A DNA stretch of 64,000 bases. It comes from Bacillota bacterium (lineage in GTDB: Bacteria > Bacillota > Clostridia > Oscillospirales > Oscillospiraceae). Each line of letters opens with the position of its first letter. Positions within the stretch are counted from its first letter, which is position 1. Positions 19,070-29,097 of this stretch are shown here, piece after piece. The translations under genes and the position numbers were made by a program. Location of the stretch: the NCBI GenBank assembly GCA_029100605.1, contig JAQXPK010000093.1, positions 1,851 through 65,850 on the forward strand, in the 5' to 3' direction. The notes under the pieces were generated by a model. The model was given only the letters and a program-made list of their open reading frames with translations. It had not been told where the DNA came from and did no database searches.

Positions 19070-20076
19070 TCCGTCTCTTCCTTTCCCGCCGCCCGGTCAG
19101 CAATCCGCTTTCCCCAGTTCAGGAGCCACCAGAAGGGCTTTACCGGATAGGCTTCCTCGTAGATCCATTCGTTCTCCCAGGAAACCGGAAACAGTCCGAA
19201 TTGTTTTCCCTGCTTCAGTCCACGCCGCAGCTTTTTTGTGAGCATCCGAAGCAGCTGCCGCTTTTTATGGCCGTCCCAGGCGGCGGCAAAGGCAAGCTGT
19301 TCATGGATGCAGTAGAGATAGCTGCCGGTCACCGTCTCCAAAAGACGCCGGTTTTCATTTTCCCGGGCAAAGGCAAGCTGACCCTCCATAGCCTCCACAA
19401 TCGCCAGCCGTCGGGGTGTCCACTTCGACTGCGTAATCCCCACGGGATTCTGGTAGTAGGCATACAGGGGCTGGGGAAGCACCGCCACCTGTCCGGCGGC
19501 ATACACGGCGCGGTAAGTGGTGAACTCGTCCTCATGAATCTTTCCCTCGGGGTAACGGAGGGAGGCAAACAGATCCTTGTGGTACAGCTTCGCCCAGGCC
19601 GTCACCGGTGAGATCTCTCCATAGCTCTCGCCGCAATAAAAGTCGTCCGCCGACAGCACCCGGCAGGGCGCTGCCTCCCCTTTTGGAAAGTCCTCCCCCC
19701 CGGTGCGGAAATAGCCGCAGACGGCAAGGCGGCAGCCCGTTCCCATGACGGCCCCGTGCAGCTCCTTCAGGAAATCCGGGTGCACCCAGTCGTCGCTGTC
19801 CACAAAGGTCAGCCACCGGCTGCCGCTGTTGGCGAACGACCAGTCGATTCCCGTATTCCGGGCGGCAGAAAGACCGCCGTTTTCCCGATGAATCACCTGC
19901 ACCCGCCCATCCCGGCGGGCGTATTCCTCGCAAATGTCGCCGCAGCCGTCCGGGCTTCCGTCATCCACCAGAACCAGGTCAAAATCCGAAAAGCTCTGAG
20001 CCAGAATGCTGTCCACGCACCGGCGGAGGTAATCCTCCACCTTGTACACCGGGACAATGACGCTGATTTCGGGCAT
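19066..20076 (-). CDS. Glycosyltransferase family 2
   Basis: ISVIVPVY, DDGSPD, NGGLSAARN, FVDSDD, HEDE. Confidence 0.92.
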   Translation of the reverse strand: MPEISVIVPVYKVEDYLRRCVDSILAQSFSDFDLVLVDDGSPDGCGDICEEYARRDGRVQVIHRENGGLSAARNTGIDWSFANSGSRWLTFVDSDDWVHPDFLKELHGAVMGTGCRLAVCGYFRTGGEDFPKGEAAPCRVLSADDFYCGESYGEISPVTAWAKLYHKDLFASLRYPEGKIHEDEFTTYRAVYAAGQVAVLPQPLYAYYQNPVGITQSKWTPRRLAIVEAMEGQLAFARENENRRLLETVTGSYLYCIHEQLAFAAAWDGHKKRQLLRMLTKKLRRGLKQGKQFGLFPVSWENEWIYEEAYPVKPFWWLLNWGKRIADRAAGKEETE

Positions 20077-20097
20077 GGGGCTCCTCCTTTTCCTCTG

Positions 20098-20868
20098 TCA
20101 GCGCCTCAGAAGGAGGGCTTTCAGCTTGTTGTATGTCTTTTCTCCCAAAATTTTCGTGAAAAACCCATAGCGGGCGGCGGATACCTTCTCGTAGTGCAGG
20201 CGCTGCCGCTCCGCTTCCAGCTCCGCCCGTTCCTCCTCCGTCTTCCAGCTGCTGGCGAACCAGTGGATGGCGACGGTTTTTTTGGTTCTGTGGAGAATTT
20301 CCGTGTCAAAATCCACAGGGCAGAACACTTCCTTCGGGTACACGGCAAAGCCGTCCACCACCTGAAACTGTCCGTTGGGCACCAGCCCATGCTCCCGGCA
20401 GAGGTTCGTGAGGACGGACACGTTGGTGGTCACATCCTGGGTTCCGTCGGCCTTAAGGAAGCTGGCGCTGTCATAATGGTGGAGAAACTCCAGAAACAGC
20501 GGAAATCCCGCCCGGCAGGCCAGCAGCCCCGTCTGTACGCTGGCATCCGTCTCAAACCCGGCAAAGCCCTCCTGCTCCAGAAACGGCGTCAGGGGCTTCA
20601 CCAGCTCCACGTCCGTATCCATGTATATGCCCCCCAGTTCCGTCAGGGCTTTCAGGCGGACATAGTCCGTGACAAAGGCCCAGCGCCCGGAAGCGTAGGC
20701 CTGACGCACATAGGCGGGGGCGGCAGAGACATCAAAATTCCCCTCGTTCCACTCCATGATCTGAAAATCCGGGCAGAACTTTCTCCAGCTGGCGATGCAT
20801 TTTTCCGCCAGCTTCGGCTTGGGCTTTCCGCCGAACCAGCAGTAATGAATGATCTTGGGAATGCTCAT
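20098..20868 (-). CDS. Glycosyltransferase family 32 (DXD sugar-binding domain)
   Basis: IPKIIHYCWFGG, DYVRL..GGIYMDTDVE. Confidence 0.9.
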   Translation of the reverse strand: MSIPKIIHYCWFGGKPKPKLAEKCIASWRKFCPDFQIMEWNEGNFDVSAAPAYVRQAYASGRWAFVTDYVRLKALTELGGIYMDTDVELVKPLTPFLEQEGFAGFETDASVQTGLLACRAGFPLFLEFLHHYDSASFLKADGTQDVTTNVSVLTNLCREHGLVPNGQFQVVDGFAVYPKEVFCPVDFDTEILHRTKKTVAIHWFASSWKTEEERAELEAERQRLHYEKVSAARYGFFTKILGEKTYNKLKALLLRR

Positions 20869-21893
20869 TGTCCCGCTCCTTTCGACAAATGCGCCCTCAG
20901 CTTCCGGACGAGGCCGGAGGCTCCCTCATCCCGGAGGGTGCGGGTCAGTCCTTCTAAAGGCCAATAGAGCCTTGACAATCCGGGATTCAGGCCGCAGAGC
21001 ATGGTCTCAAACTGAGGCTTGGTGAAGGGGATCTCCCTTACCAGCCGCCACGCCGATTTGCGGATGGCCTTCGCCGCCGGGACGTTGTTCAGCTCATCGC
21101 GAACCCGGTTATAGTACCCCGTTGCCGCCTCCGCGTACAGGCCGCAGAAGCGTTCCCGCAGTGCCGGATAATGAGCGGAATGGTAAAAGCGGATGATCCG
21201 CTCCAACGCCCACAGATAGTCCAGCCTCTTCAGAGTGAACCGGCTCTGGGTGGTGCTGTCCGGGTTGGTGCGGTAATAATATAGGCTCCGGGGGACGCTG
21301 GCAATGGTCTTTGCCGCCACAAGCCAGTGGCACACAGCCTCATTGTCCTCGTAAACCCTACCCGGACAGAAGGGGTGCTCCGCCACCAGCTCCCGGCGGA
21401 GCAGCTTGGCGCAAGCCACCCAGCCGGGGTACGTCCCTGCGTCAAACAGCTTTGTCAAAGGTTCCTCCGCCATGGACAGGGTCTCCCACTCCGCGTCCAC
21501 CGGCGTGAAAAAGTCCGGCGGCAGTTCTGGAGCTTCCACCATCCGGCACATGGCTATGGGCGCGCCGCTTTCTGCTGCGGCTTTGGCGAGAATCTCCAGC
21601 ATTTGGGGGTGGATCGCGTCGTCGCTGTCCACAAAGCAGATCCATTCGCCCCGGGCAACGGTGAGGGCGTGGTTTCTGGCGGCGGCCTGCCCCTGATTCT
21701 CCTGGTGGAGCACCCGCACCCGGCTGTCCCGGGCGGCGTAGGCATCGCAGATGGCGCCGCAGCCATCCGGGCTTCCATCGTCCACCAGAATCAGCTCAAA
21801 ATCGGAGACCGTCTGGGAAAGGATGCTGTCTACGCAGCAGCGCAAATAGGACTCAGCATTGTACACCGGCACGATCACGCTGATCTCAGGCAT
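20865..21893 (-). CDS. Glycosyltransferase family 2
   Basis: ISVIVPVYN, DDGSPD, FVDSDD, YED. Confidence 0.92.
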   Translation of the reverse strand: MPEISVIVPVYNAESYLRCCVDSILSQTVSDFELILVDDGSPDGCGAICDAYAARDSRVRVLHQENQGQAAARNHALTVARGEWICFVDSDDAIHPQMLEILAKAAAESGAPIAMCRMVEAPELPPDFFTPVDAEWETLSMAEEPLTKLFDAGTYPGWVACAKLLRRELVAEHPFCPGRVYEDNEAVCHWLVAAKTIASVPRSLYYYRTNPDSTTQSRFTLKRLDYLWALERIIRFYHSAHYPALRERFCGLYAEAATGYYNRVRDELNNVPAAKAIRKSAWRLVREIPFTKPQFETMLCGLNPGLSRLYWPLEGLTRTLRDEGASGLVRKLRAHLSKGAGQ

Positions 21894-22881
21894 TGTTCTT
21901 CCTCCGAAGGCCTTCCGTCTTTTCCCTGACTAAGCGGTAGAGCCGGGCTCTGACCGGATAGAATTCCAGGATGGTGTCAAAATCGAAACGGTAGCTCAGG
22001 CACCCCTGCTGCCGCATCCGGCGAATGAGTTCCCGGATTTTTTTCCGGATCCGCTTCCGGGCCGCCGCTATTTCCGGCGAATCCGGAGCCTGACCCGCCG
22101 CCTGGTAGTTGGTCATGGCATTTTCCAGATACCCCCGCAGGCGGAAAGACACCAGTTCCTCCTCCCCCTTTTCCCGGAAGAAGGCGATCTGCTCCTCATA
22201 GGCCACCCAGGCATCCAGAAGTTTGGGAGTCCAGGCTCGCTTGGTCAGCCCTTCGGTGTTGATGAAGTAGGCATACAGCGGGGCCGGAATCACCACCATC
22301 CTCTTTTCCGGGTAGAGCATTTTATAGGAGACGAATTCATCGTCAAAATAGTTGTCCACCGGATGCCGGACATGCTCGTAGCAGCTCTTATGGTAGAGCT
22401 TGCAGCAGGTCATGATGGCGTTGACATAACTGGCCTGGTAGAAGGCCATGGGCTCCCAGACCTGGGGTTCCAGATCCTTGGGGTCGATCACCGGGTCCGC
22501 GCCGGTGGTCTCCTGATAGCCGCAGGCGCAGATGTGGACGTTGTTTCCCTGGGCTGCCCGGAGCATCCGCTCCAACATTTCCGGGTGCATCCAGTCGTCA
22601 CTGTCGGCAAAGAGAATCCACTGACTGTCGCTGCACCGATAGGTCCAATCAATGCAGTTGTTCCGGGTAACGCATACACCGGAATTGGGCTGGTGGAGCA
22701 CATGAATACGGCTGTCCCGTGCCGCGTACGCATCCGCAATGGCGCCGGTGGCGTCCTTGCTTCCATCGTCCACAACAATTACGTCAAAGTCCGTAAAGGT
22801 CTGCGCCAGAATGCTGTCCAGCGCACGGGCAATATAGCTTTCCGCATTGTAGGCAGCCATCATCACACTGATCTGTGCCAT
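21886..22881 (-). CDS. Glycosyltransferase family 2
   Basis: ISVMMAAYN, DDGSKD, FADSDD. Confidence 0.9.
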   Translation of the reverse strand: MAQISVMMAAYNAESYIARALDSILAQTFTDFDVIVVDDGSKDATGAIADAYAARDSRIHVLHQPNSGVCVTRNNCIDWTYRCSDSQWILFADSDDWMHPEMLERMLRAAQGNNVHICACGYQETTGADPVIDPKDLEPQVWEPMAFYQASYVNAIMTCCKLYHKSCYEHVRHPVDNYFDDEFVSYKMLYPEKRMVVIPAPLYAYFINTEGLTKRAWTPKLLDAWVAYEEQIAFFREKGEEELVSFRLRGYLENAMTNYQAAGQAPDSPEIAAARKRIRKKIRELIRRMRQQGCLSYRFDFDTILEFYPVRARLYRLVREKTEGLRRKNNA

Positions 22882-22897
22882 GGAGCAACACCTCCCG

Positions 22898-24037
22898 TTA
22901 TTTTTCCTGCATCATCTGCAAGAACATCTCTTCCAATTCCTGTGCCATACGCCGCCCGGAGAAAAAGCCGCTGCGGCGCTCCGCTCCGGCCTTGTTCGCG
23001 GCGTAGAATTCCTGGTCCGTCAGCATCCGGCGCATACCGTCCCGGAGGCTGGCATTGTCGTTTTCCGTAATCATGCCGCAATCTTCCCCGCCGAACAGCT
23101 CCCCCACGGAGGGCACCGCCGCCACTATGGGAATTCCCAGGCACAGTGCCTCCATTCCCACCACCGGCAGTCCCTCGGTGAAGGAAGAACAGACCAGAAA
23201 GCGGCTCGCGGCAATATAGGGGTAGGGATTGGCCTGGTAGCCAGCCAGAATCACGCTGTCCTGGGCATCCATCGCCTGAACGGTTCTGCGGATATAGTCC
23301 CTGTCCGGGCCGTCTCCCACAAGAACCAGTTTGTGCCGGATACCTTCCTCAACCAGCCGCCTGTGTATCACAATCAGCCGCTCAAAGCCTTTTTCCGGGG
23401 ACAGGCGGCCCACCGCGCAGACGATGGGTTCCTCCTTCGGCAGCTCGACGCTTTCTTCCGACAGGCGGCGGACACTGTCACTGTTGATGGGGTTGAAGTG
23501 CATCTCCACTCCGGTTTCCCGGCCGGTAGCTTCTACGAAGGCCTGGCGGCTTGCCTGGGACACGCACACAATTCGGTCATACCGGTGCAGCAGCGCCTGA
23601 TCCCGGAGAATCAGCTCCCGGAAGGCCCGGTTCGTCTGCATATTGCCGTGGATAAACTTGACGGATTTTGCGCCGTCCGCAAAGCCGCACTGGGGATAGT
23701 CCCACATAGAGTAGGACACGATGATGTCCGCCCCCGGGCAGACCACGCTCAGCAGGTTTTCCCCGTTTCGGCGGTAGCATGCCTCCGTCCGAAGTTTTTT
23801 TTCGACATTCTGGATCTTGACGATGGGATTCTTCGTAGGCTTACGGCAGCTGTAGTCGTAAATCAGGTGAATTCCCGCATCCGCAAACTTCCGATCCCAC
23901 TGCGCTCCCGGCTTCTGTGCCAGGACAGTGACGTCAAATTTCTCCTTATCCAGCAGCAGCGCCAGATCATACAGCGCCTGCTCCGCGCCGCCGCAGACCA
24001 GGCTGTCCTCGATAAAAACAATCTTTATGCGTCCCAT
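22898..24037 (-). CDS. Glycosyltransferase family 4
   Basis: GGAE, VGRLSPEKG, EGLPVVGMEA (EX7E). Confidence 0.9.
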   Translation of the reverse strand: MGRIKIVFIEDSLVCGGAEQALYDLALLLDKEKFDVTVLAQKPGAQWDRKFADAGIHLIYDYSCRKPTKNPIVKIQNVEKKLRTEACYRRNGENLLSVVCPGADIIVSYSMWDYPQCGFADGAKSVKFIHGNMQTNRAFRELILRDQALLHRYDRIVCVSQASRQAFVEATGRETGVEMHFNPINSDSVRRLSEESVELPKEEPIVCAVGRLSPEKGFERLIVIHRRLVEEGIRHKLVLVGDGPDRDYIRRTVQAMDAQDSVILAGYQANPYPYIAASRFLVCSSFTEGLPVVGMEALCLGIPIVAAVPSVGELFGGEDCGMITENDNASLRDGMRRMLTDQEFYAANKAGAERRSGFFSGRRMAQELEEMFLQMMQEK

Positions 24038-25338
24038 TGCGGTTCCTCAACGGCTGTCACTTCCGCATCCCGGAAACGGAAGTGTCCCCAGGATTTGGCG
24101 TTCCACACAATATCCTCCATCCCCTGGACTTCCATTCGGAACGCCGGAAGCAGCAGTTCCTGATCGAAGCTGTTGCCGAACTCGTCCAGTTCAAACAAAA
24201 CCAGATCCACCCGGTATTTCCCCACGGTCAGCCCGGCGGCGTCAAAGTTGACCGCAAAGGATCTGCTTTCCCCCGCCCGGAACGCCCCCAGAGACAGGCT
24301 GGGCACTGCGCCCACCGGTGTATCGCCGCCGAAGAGGACTTCAATCCGCAGCCGCAGATCGGCAAAATCCCGTTTGGCTTCCACAAGGAGCTGAAATCGG
24401 ATTGGCTCTCCCGTATCGTACAGGGCAAGCGTCTTGTCCGTCAGCCGCAGGCGCTGAATCCTGGCTTCGCCGGCAGCATAGGGAGAGCGCGGGGGTGCGT
24501 CCGTATACCGGAACTCCGTCTGTCCCTCAATCCAGCCGTTGTTGGCGGTTTCCTCCTGCATATACAGCTCAATGGCCTCTTCCACATCGCCGTCAAAGAT
24601 GATTTTACCCTTATCCAGCACAATGCAGCGGTCACACAGGGTGCGGATGGTGTTCATATTGTGACTGACGTAGAGAACGGTTCTTCCATCCTGCTTGGCA
24701 GCCTGACGCATCTTGTTCAGGCACTTCTTCTGGAATGCCATATCTCCCACCGCCAGCACCTCGTCCATGATCATGATCTCGCTGTTCAGGTGAGCCGCCA
24801 CGGAGAAGGCAAGCTTGACGAACATACCGGAGGAATACCGCTTGACCGGGGTGTCGATAAAGTCCCGCACCTCGGAAAACTCGATGATGTCCTCCATTTT
24901 TTCGTCGATTTCCGCCTTGGTCATGCCTAAGATCGCACCGTTCATATAGACGTTCTCCCGGCCGGTCATCTCGCCGTTGAAGCCGGTGCCCACCTCCAGC
25001 ATGGAGGCGATGCGTCCGTAGATGTCGATCTCTCCCTCGGTGGGCGCGGTGACCCGGCACAGGAGCTTCAGCAGGGTGCTTTTACCCGCGCCGTTACAGC
25101 CGATGATTCCCAGCGCCTCGCCCTTGTAAACCGTCAGGTCGATGCCGTTTAGAGCCATGAAGGTCTGTCCCACCAGCCGCTGGTCGGTACCGATCATGGT
25201 ATTGGGGTCTTCCTTGCCCCGGACCCGGGCCCACCAGCTCTGAATATCCTCCGTCAGGGTGCCGCCGCCGATCTGCCCCAGCTTGTAGCGCTTTTTCACG
25301 CCGGAAAGGCGGATGGCAATTTCTCTTTCCTCATTCAT
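24025..25338 (-). CDS. wzt: Polysaccharide ABC exporter ATP-binding subunit with C-terminal carbohydrate-binding (Wzt_C) domain
   Basis: GCNGAGKSTL, YSSGM signature, DEVLAVGD, VSH; ~170 aa beta-rich C-terminal extension. Confidence 0.92.
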   Translation of the reverse strand: MNEEREIAIRLSGVKKRYKLGQIGGGTLTEDIQSWWARVRGKEDPNTMIGTDQRLVGQTFMALNGIDLTVYKGEALGIIGCNGAGKSTLLKLLCRVTAPTEGEIDIYGRIASMLEVGTGFNGEMTGRENVYMNGAILGMTKAEIDEKMEDIIEFSEVRDFIDTPVKRYSSGMFVKLAFSVAAHLNSEIMIMDEVLAVGDMAFQKKCLNKMRQAAKQDGRTVLYVSHNMNTIRTLCDRCIVLDKGKIIFDGDVEEAIELYMQEETANNGWIEGQTEFRYTDAPPRSPYAAGEARIQRLRLTDKTLALYDTGEPIRFQLLVEAKRDFADLRLRIEVLFGGDTPVGAVPSLSLGAFRAGESRSFAVNFDAAGLTVGKYRVDLVLFELDEFGNSFDQELLLPAFRMEVQGMEDIVWNAKSWGHFRFRDAEVTAVEEPQWDA

Positions 25339-25351
25339 GTTTCCGCCCTCC

Positions 25352-26203
25352 TTACACCGTATCCATAAAGGTGCGTTCCACCTTGTTGAAAATCATGATG
25401 CCTCCCAGCGCCACCAATATGGTCACCGCCCAGGACAGGGCGTAGAACCCCGGATTGCAGGTTCCCTGGCCCAAAATGGCATAGCGCAACAGCTCCACAG
25501 AGGGCGTAACCGGGTTTATCTGAATCAGCGTGCGCATCCAGCCTTCTCCCAGGGTGGACAGCGGGTAGACAATCGGGGTGGCATACATCCACAGAGAAAC
25601 GCCGAAGTCCACCAGCACCGTCAGGTCCCGGTACTTGGTGGTCAGGCTGGAAATGATGATGCCGAAGCCCATGCCCAGAATGCCCAGATGGATCAGCTCC
25701 ACCGGAATCACCAGCCAGACCCGCCAGTGGGGGTGCAGCATACCCTGAACCAGATACCAGAGCATGAACAGCAGCACCAGCACCATCTGAATGCCAAAGC
25801 GGATGATGGAGGATATGACGTTAGAAATCGGCGTGGTCAGCCGGGGAAAGTAGACCTTGCCAAAAACATAGGCATTGGCGGCAAATACATTGGCATTGTT
25901 AATCACGCAGGTGGCGAAGTAACTCCAGATGGCGTTGCTGCACAGGTAAAACAGGAACGTGGGAATGCCGTCCGTCCCGATACCCGCGATGCCGCCGAAC
26001 ACGAACGCGTGGACAATACTGGTAAACAGCGGCGTCAGAAAGAGCCAAGCGGGGCCCAGAATGGTCTGCTTGTAGCTCACCACGAAATTCCGCTTGGTAA
26101 ACAGGAAGATCAGATCCCGATACCGCCAGACCTCCTTCAGGTTCAGATCCAGCAGGCGGTGCTTTGCGGAAATGTGGGTGTGATAGTTGGAATGTTCAGC
26201 CAT
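25352..26203 (-). CDS. wzm: Polysaccharide ABC exporter permease
   Basis: YKQTILGPAW, KVYFPR, YRDL, MYATPIVYP, INP; start MAEHS at 26203. Confidence 0.92.
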   Translation of the reverse strand: MAEHSNYHTHISAKHRLLDLNLKEVWRYRDLIFLFTKRNFVVSYKQTILGPAWLFLTPLFTSIVHAFVFGGIAGIGTDGIPTFLFYLCSNAIWSYFATCVINNANVFAANAYVFGKVYFPRLTTPISNVISSIIRFGIQMVLVLLFMLWYLVQGMLHPHWRVWLVIPVELIHLGILGMGFGIIISSLTTKYRDLTVLVDFGVSLWMYATPIVYPLSTLGEGWMRTLIQINPVTPSVELLRYAILGQGTCNPGFYALSWAVTILVALGGIMIFNKVERTFMDTV

Positions 26204-26207
26204 AGGC

Positions 26208-27098
26208 TTACCTCTTCTTTCGGATGTATTGCAGCAGATTGTGGACAAGCTTCATGGGCGCCACCAGCCAGCGGGGCATGTCAATGTATTGGGCGATCTG
26301 GGCATTGGTGCACCGATCCATGGCGTCGCAGGTAAAGCCGTACCACATACCCAGTTTGGTTTTCAGGGGATAGTGGAAGAATACCGCCTTTTCCCGGAAA
26401 AACAGAGCCGTCCCCTGGGGATTGTCCAGAAAAAGCTGATAGCCCGCCTGGGTCAGACCGTCGTTCTTATATTCCCAGATCCAGATGATGTCGTTAAAGT
26501 AGCGGATGCGGTAGCCGTCATGCGCCATGCGGTTCCAGGTCACCGCCTCCGTCATGAATTTTTCCCCGGGAAACTCCGGATAGAGATATTTCCGGTGGAT
26601 TTCCGTGTAGAAAACCAGCGCCCGCTCCCCGTCGATTTTCCCGTACATATCGAAGGCATTGCCGTCAAACCAGTCGCCTTCAAACAGCGTGTTGGGGGTC
26701 TGACCGGGGGCGTGCCCGCCGTTTGCCACCAGGCCGCAGAACTTCTCATCTTTGGGAAGCGCCGCTTCCCAGCAGTTGATCTTCTCCAGGGCGTCGTCCG
26801 TCAGGTAGTCATCGGAATCCACCGTAAAGAACAGCTCCCCCTGAGCCAGCGCTAAACCTTTGTTAATTGCCCGGCATTTGCCGCCGTTTTCCTGATAGAC
26901 ACAGCGGATGGGAAAGGGATTGTCCTCCCGCTGCCACTGGGCAAACAGAGCCTGGGTGTCGTCCGTGGAGCCGTCGTCCACCACCAGCCACTCAAAATCC
27001 GAAAAGCTCTGGCGCTGCAAGGAGCGGTAGAGCGTCTCCAGCAGATTCGCCCGGTTATAGGTTGGAGTGAATACCGTGATTTTATGGGGAAATTCCAT
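26208..27098 (-). CDS. Glycosyltransferase family 2
   Basis: TVFTPTYNRA, DDGSTD, NGGK, VDSDD; start MEFPH at 27098. Confidence 0.9.
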   Translation of the reverse strand: MEFPHKITVFTPTYNRANLLETLYRSLQRQSFSDFEWLVVDDGSTDDTQALFAQWQREDNPFPIRCVYQENGGKCRAINKGLALAQGELFFTVDSDDYLTDDALEKINCWEAALPKDEKFCGLVANGGHAPGQTPNTLFEGDWFDGNAFDMYGKIDGERALVFYTEIHRKYLYPEFPGEKFMTEAVTWNRMAHDGYRIRYFNDIIWIWEYKNDGLTQAGYQLFLDNPQGTALFFREKAVFFHYPLKTKLGMWYGFTCDAMDRCTNAQIAQYIDMPRWLVAPMKLVHNLLQYIRKKR

Positions 27099-28086
27099 CT
27101 GATCCACCCCTTTTCGTGTCTTTTCGCTCCAAGAAATTTTGCAAGCGGCAGCTGCCTTCAAAGGAAAGCTGCCCCAGCAGCAGCCACAGGTTTCCCGCCG
27201 CCGAGAGCTTTCTGCTGGGCATCAGCGGCGTCAGCCGGGAAACTGTCTTTTTCAGGCTCTCCCGGGCAGTCTGCAAGTCCGTCCCGGACAAATACCGCAG
27301 GCTCATCTGCATGGCGTACTGACAGTGGAGAAACAGGTTTGCCCTGCCCTCATACACCAGCGAGGGCATATTGGTTTTCAGGTATTCCAGCCGCTGCTCC
27401 TGAGCCTGGATGCCCTCCAGACGGCGCAGAGAAAACCCGCCGTGCATCACGCTGTCCGGCTGCTGGCGGTAGGCATAGACCTGTTTGTCGGAGCGAACCA
27501 GCCGCCGGGCATTTCCCAAAACCCGGTAGGTAAAGAATTCGTCGTCAATTTTGGTGCCCACCGGAAACCGCACATCCCCGACGGTTTTCCGGCGGTACAG
27601 CTTATTCCAGATCAGCTGCCGGAAGGCCGTATCCCGGATGTGGCAGCCCATTGCCTCCAAAGGGGTGTAAAACCGGACTTCTCCGGCGTCAGCGCCGAAA
27701 ACAGTGTTGTCCTCCGTCGTTTCGACATAAGCGCCCTCGGCAATATCCGCACCCTGTTCCAGCAGGGTTTCCAGATACCGGAAGCCGTCGGGGGCGAGAT
27801 AGTCGTCGCTGTCCACAAAGGCAATCCGTTCCCCTGTAGCTGCGTCCAAGCCGGCGTTTCTGGCCTGGCCTCCTCCGGCATTCTCCTGGTGAATCACCCG
27901 GATCCGACTGTCCCTTGCCGCCCAGGCGTCGCACATGGCGCCGCTGCGGTCAGGAGAACCGTCGTCGATGAGGATGATTTCCAGATTCGGGTAGGTCTGG
28001 CTGACGATGGATTGTACACAGCGATCCAGGTAGGCCTCCACCCGATAAACCGGGACGATCACGCTGATTAAGGGCAAATCCGTCAT
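27082..28086 (-). CDS. Glycosyltransferase family 2
   Basis: ISVIVPVY, DDGSPD, FVDSDD, WNKLY, IDDEFF. Confidence 0.9.
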   Translation of the reverse strand: MTDLPLISVIVPVYRVEAYLDRCVQSIVSQTYPNLEIILIDDGSPDRSGAMCDAWAARDSRIRVIHQENAGGGQARNAGLDAATGERIAFVDSDDYLAPDGFRYLETLLEQGADIAEGAYVETTEDNTVFGADAGEVRFYTPLEAMGCHIRDTAFRQLIWNKLYRRKTVGDVRFPVGTKIDDEFFTYRVLGNARRLVRSDKQVYAYRQQPDSVMHGGFSLRRLEGIQAQEQRLEYLKTNMPSLVYEGRANLFLHCQYAMQMSLRYLSGTDLQTARESLKKTVSRLTPLMPSRKLSAAGNLWLLLGQLSFEGSCRLQNFLERKDTKRGGSDGISP

Positions 28087-28097
28087 ACGCGTTCCTC

Positions 28098-29084
28098 TCA
28101 ATGCTGTTCTTCCCGCTGGAAGAGCGCTACATACCCCCGGTACGCCAGGGAAAATAAGGCGGGCACATCACAAATCATCCATGCCAGCACCCGGTTTCGA
28201 GCAGACAGCAGGGAAAAATAGGGCGTCTGCTCCTTAAGTCTGTCGCGCACCCGCTGCCGCCATCCGTCATACTGCTTTTCGGGGTGCACAGACAGCTGGG
28301 CATAGGCAAACAGGAGATTTCGCAGCAGCGCCCGACGGGCGTCCTGTTGAAGCTCCTCCGGGCAGCACGCGAGAATTTTCTCCCGCGCCCGGATGGGGTC
28401 GAAGAGACTGTGTTCGTTCAGCTGCCGATAGGAGGCGGAATCGGTGCGGAGAATGTAGTGATACGGGCAGAAATCCTCATACACCGACTTTTCCGCCTGA
28501 GAGAACAGGTAATAGTTCATGAGATAGTCTTCGTTATTCTTGATCGTGGGATCAATCCACTGAGAAAGTCCCGCGAACAGAGCCCGGCGGTACAGTTTGG
28601 TGCAGAGGCTGGATTCCACCTGCCCCCCGTCCAGCAGATCCCGGACGCCGGTGAGCCTGTCCTGCTGCCGCCGAACGCCGGTATTGTGGACAAATTCCAC
28701 CCGCCCATCGGGAAACAGCACCCGATGCCCGCAGTGGGAGATGTCCGCGCCGCAGCCGTGGGCGTTCTCCAAAAGATGCCGGTACATATCCGGCTCCACG
28801 GCGTCATCTCCGTCGGCAAAGCCGATCCAGTCCCCAGTCGCTGCGGCCACGCCCGCCAGGCGGGCGGCGGTCACACCACGGTTTTCCTGAAAAATTCCCC
28901 GGACGCGGCCGTCCCGGGTGGCATAGTCTTTGATTACCTGTTGGGTTTCGTCGGTAGAGCCGTCGTCCACCACGAGGATTTCCAGCCATGGGTAGGTCTG
29001 AGTCAACAGGCTGTCTAAGGCGCGGGGAAGCCACGGGGCGATATTGTAAGCCGGCACAACCACCGAAACGGTTTCGCCCTTCAT
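28098..29084 (-). CDS. Glycosyltransferase family 2
   Basis: VSVVVPAYN, DDGSTD, FADGDD, NED. Confidence 0.9.
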   Translation of the reverse strand: MKGETVSVVVPAYNIAPWLPRALDSLLTQTYPWLEILVVDDGSTDETQQVIKDYATRDGRVRGIFQENRGVTAARLAGVAAATGDWIGFADGDDAVEPDMYRHLLENAHGCGADISHCGHRVLFPDGRVEFVHNTGVRRQQDRLTGVRDLLDGGQVESSLCTKLYRRALFAGLSQWIDPTIKNNEDYLMNYYLFSQAEKSVYEDFCPYHYILRTDSASYRQLNEHSLFDPIRAREKILACCPEELQQDARRALLRNLLFAYAQLSVHPEKQYDGWRQRVRDRLKEQTPYFSLLSARNRVLAWMICDVPALFSLAYRGYVALFQREEQH

Positions 29085-29097
29085 TTTGCTTCCTCCT

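Noticed and set aside
19900-21893. Possible shufflon or recombinational switching between GT2 genes with similar 5' ends
   Set aside because: DNA is diverged at synonymous sites, all copies share one orientation, and there is no recombinase or identical crossover site
23795-23802. Homopolymer tracts (T8 here, C6-C7 elsewhere in GT genes) as phase-variation switches
   Set aside because: Short, in frame and expected by chance in 64 kb
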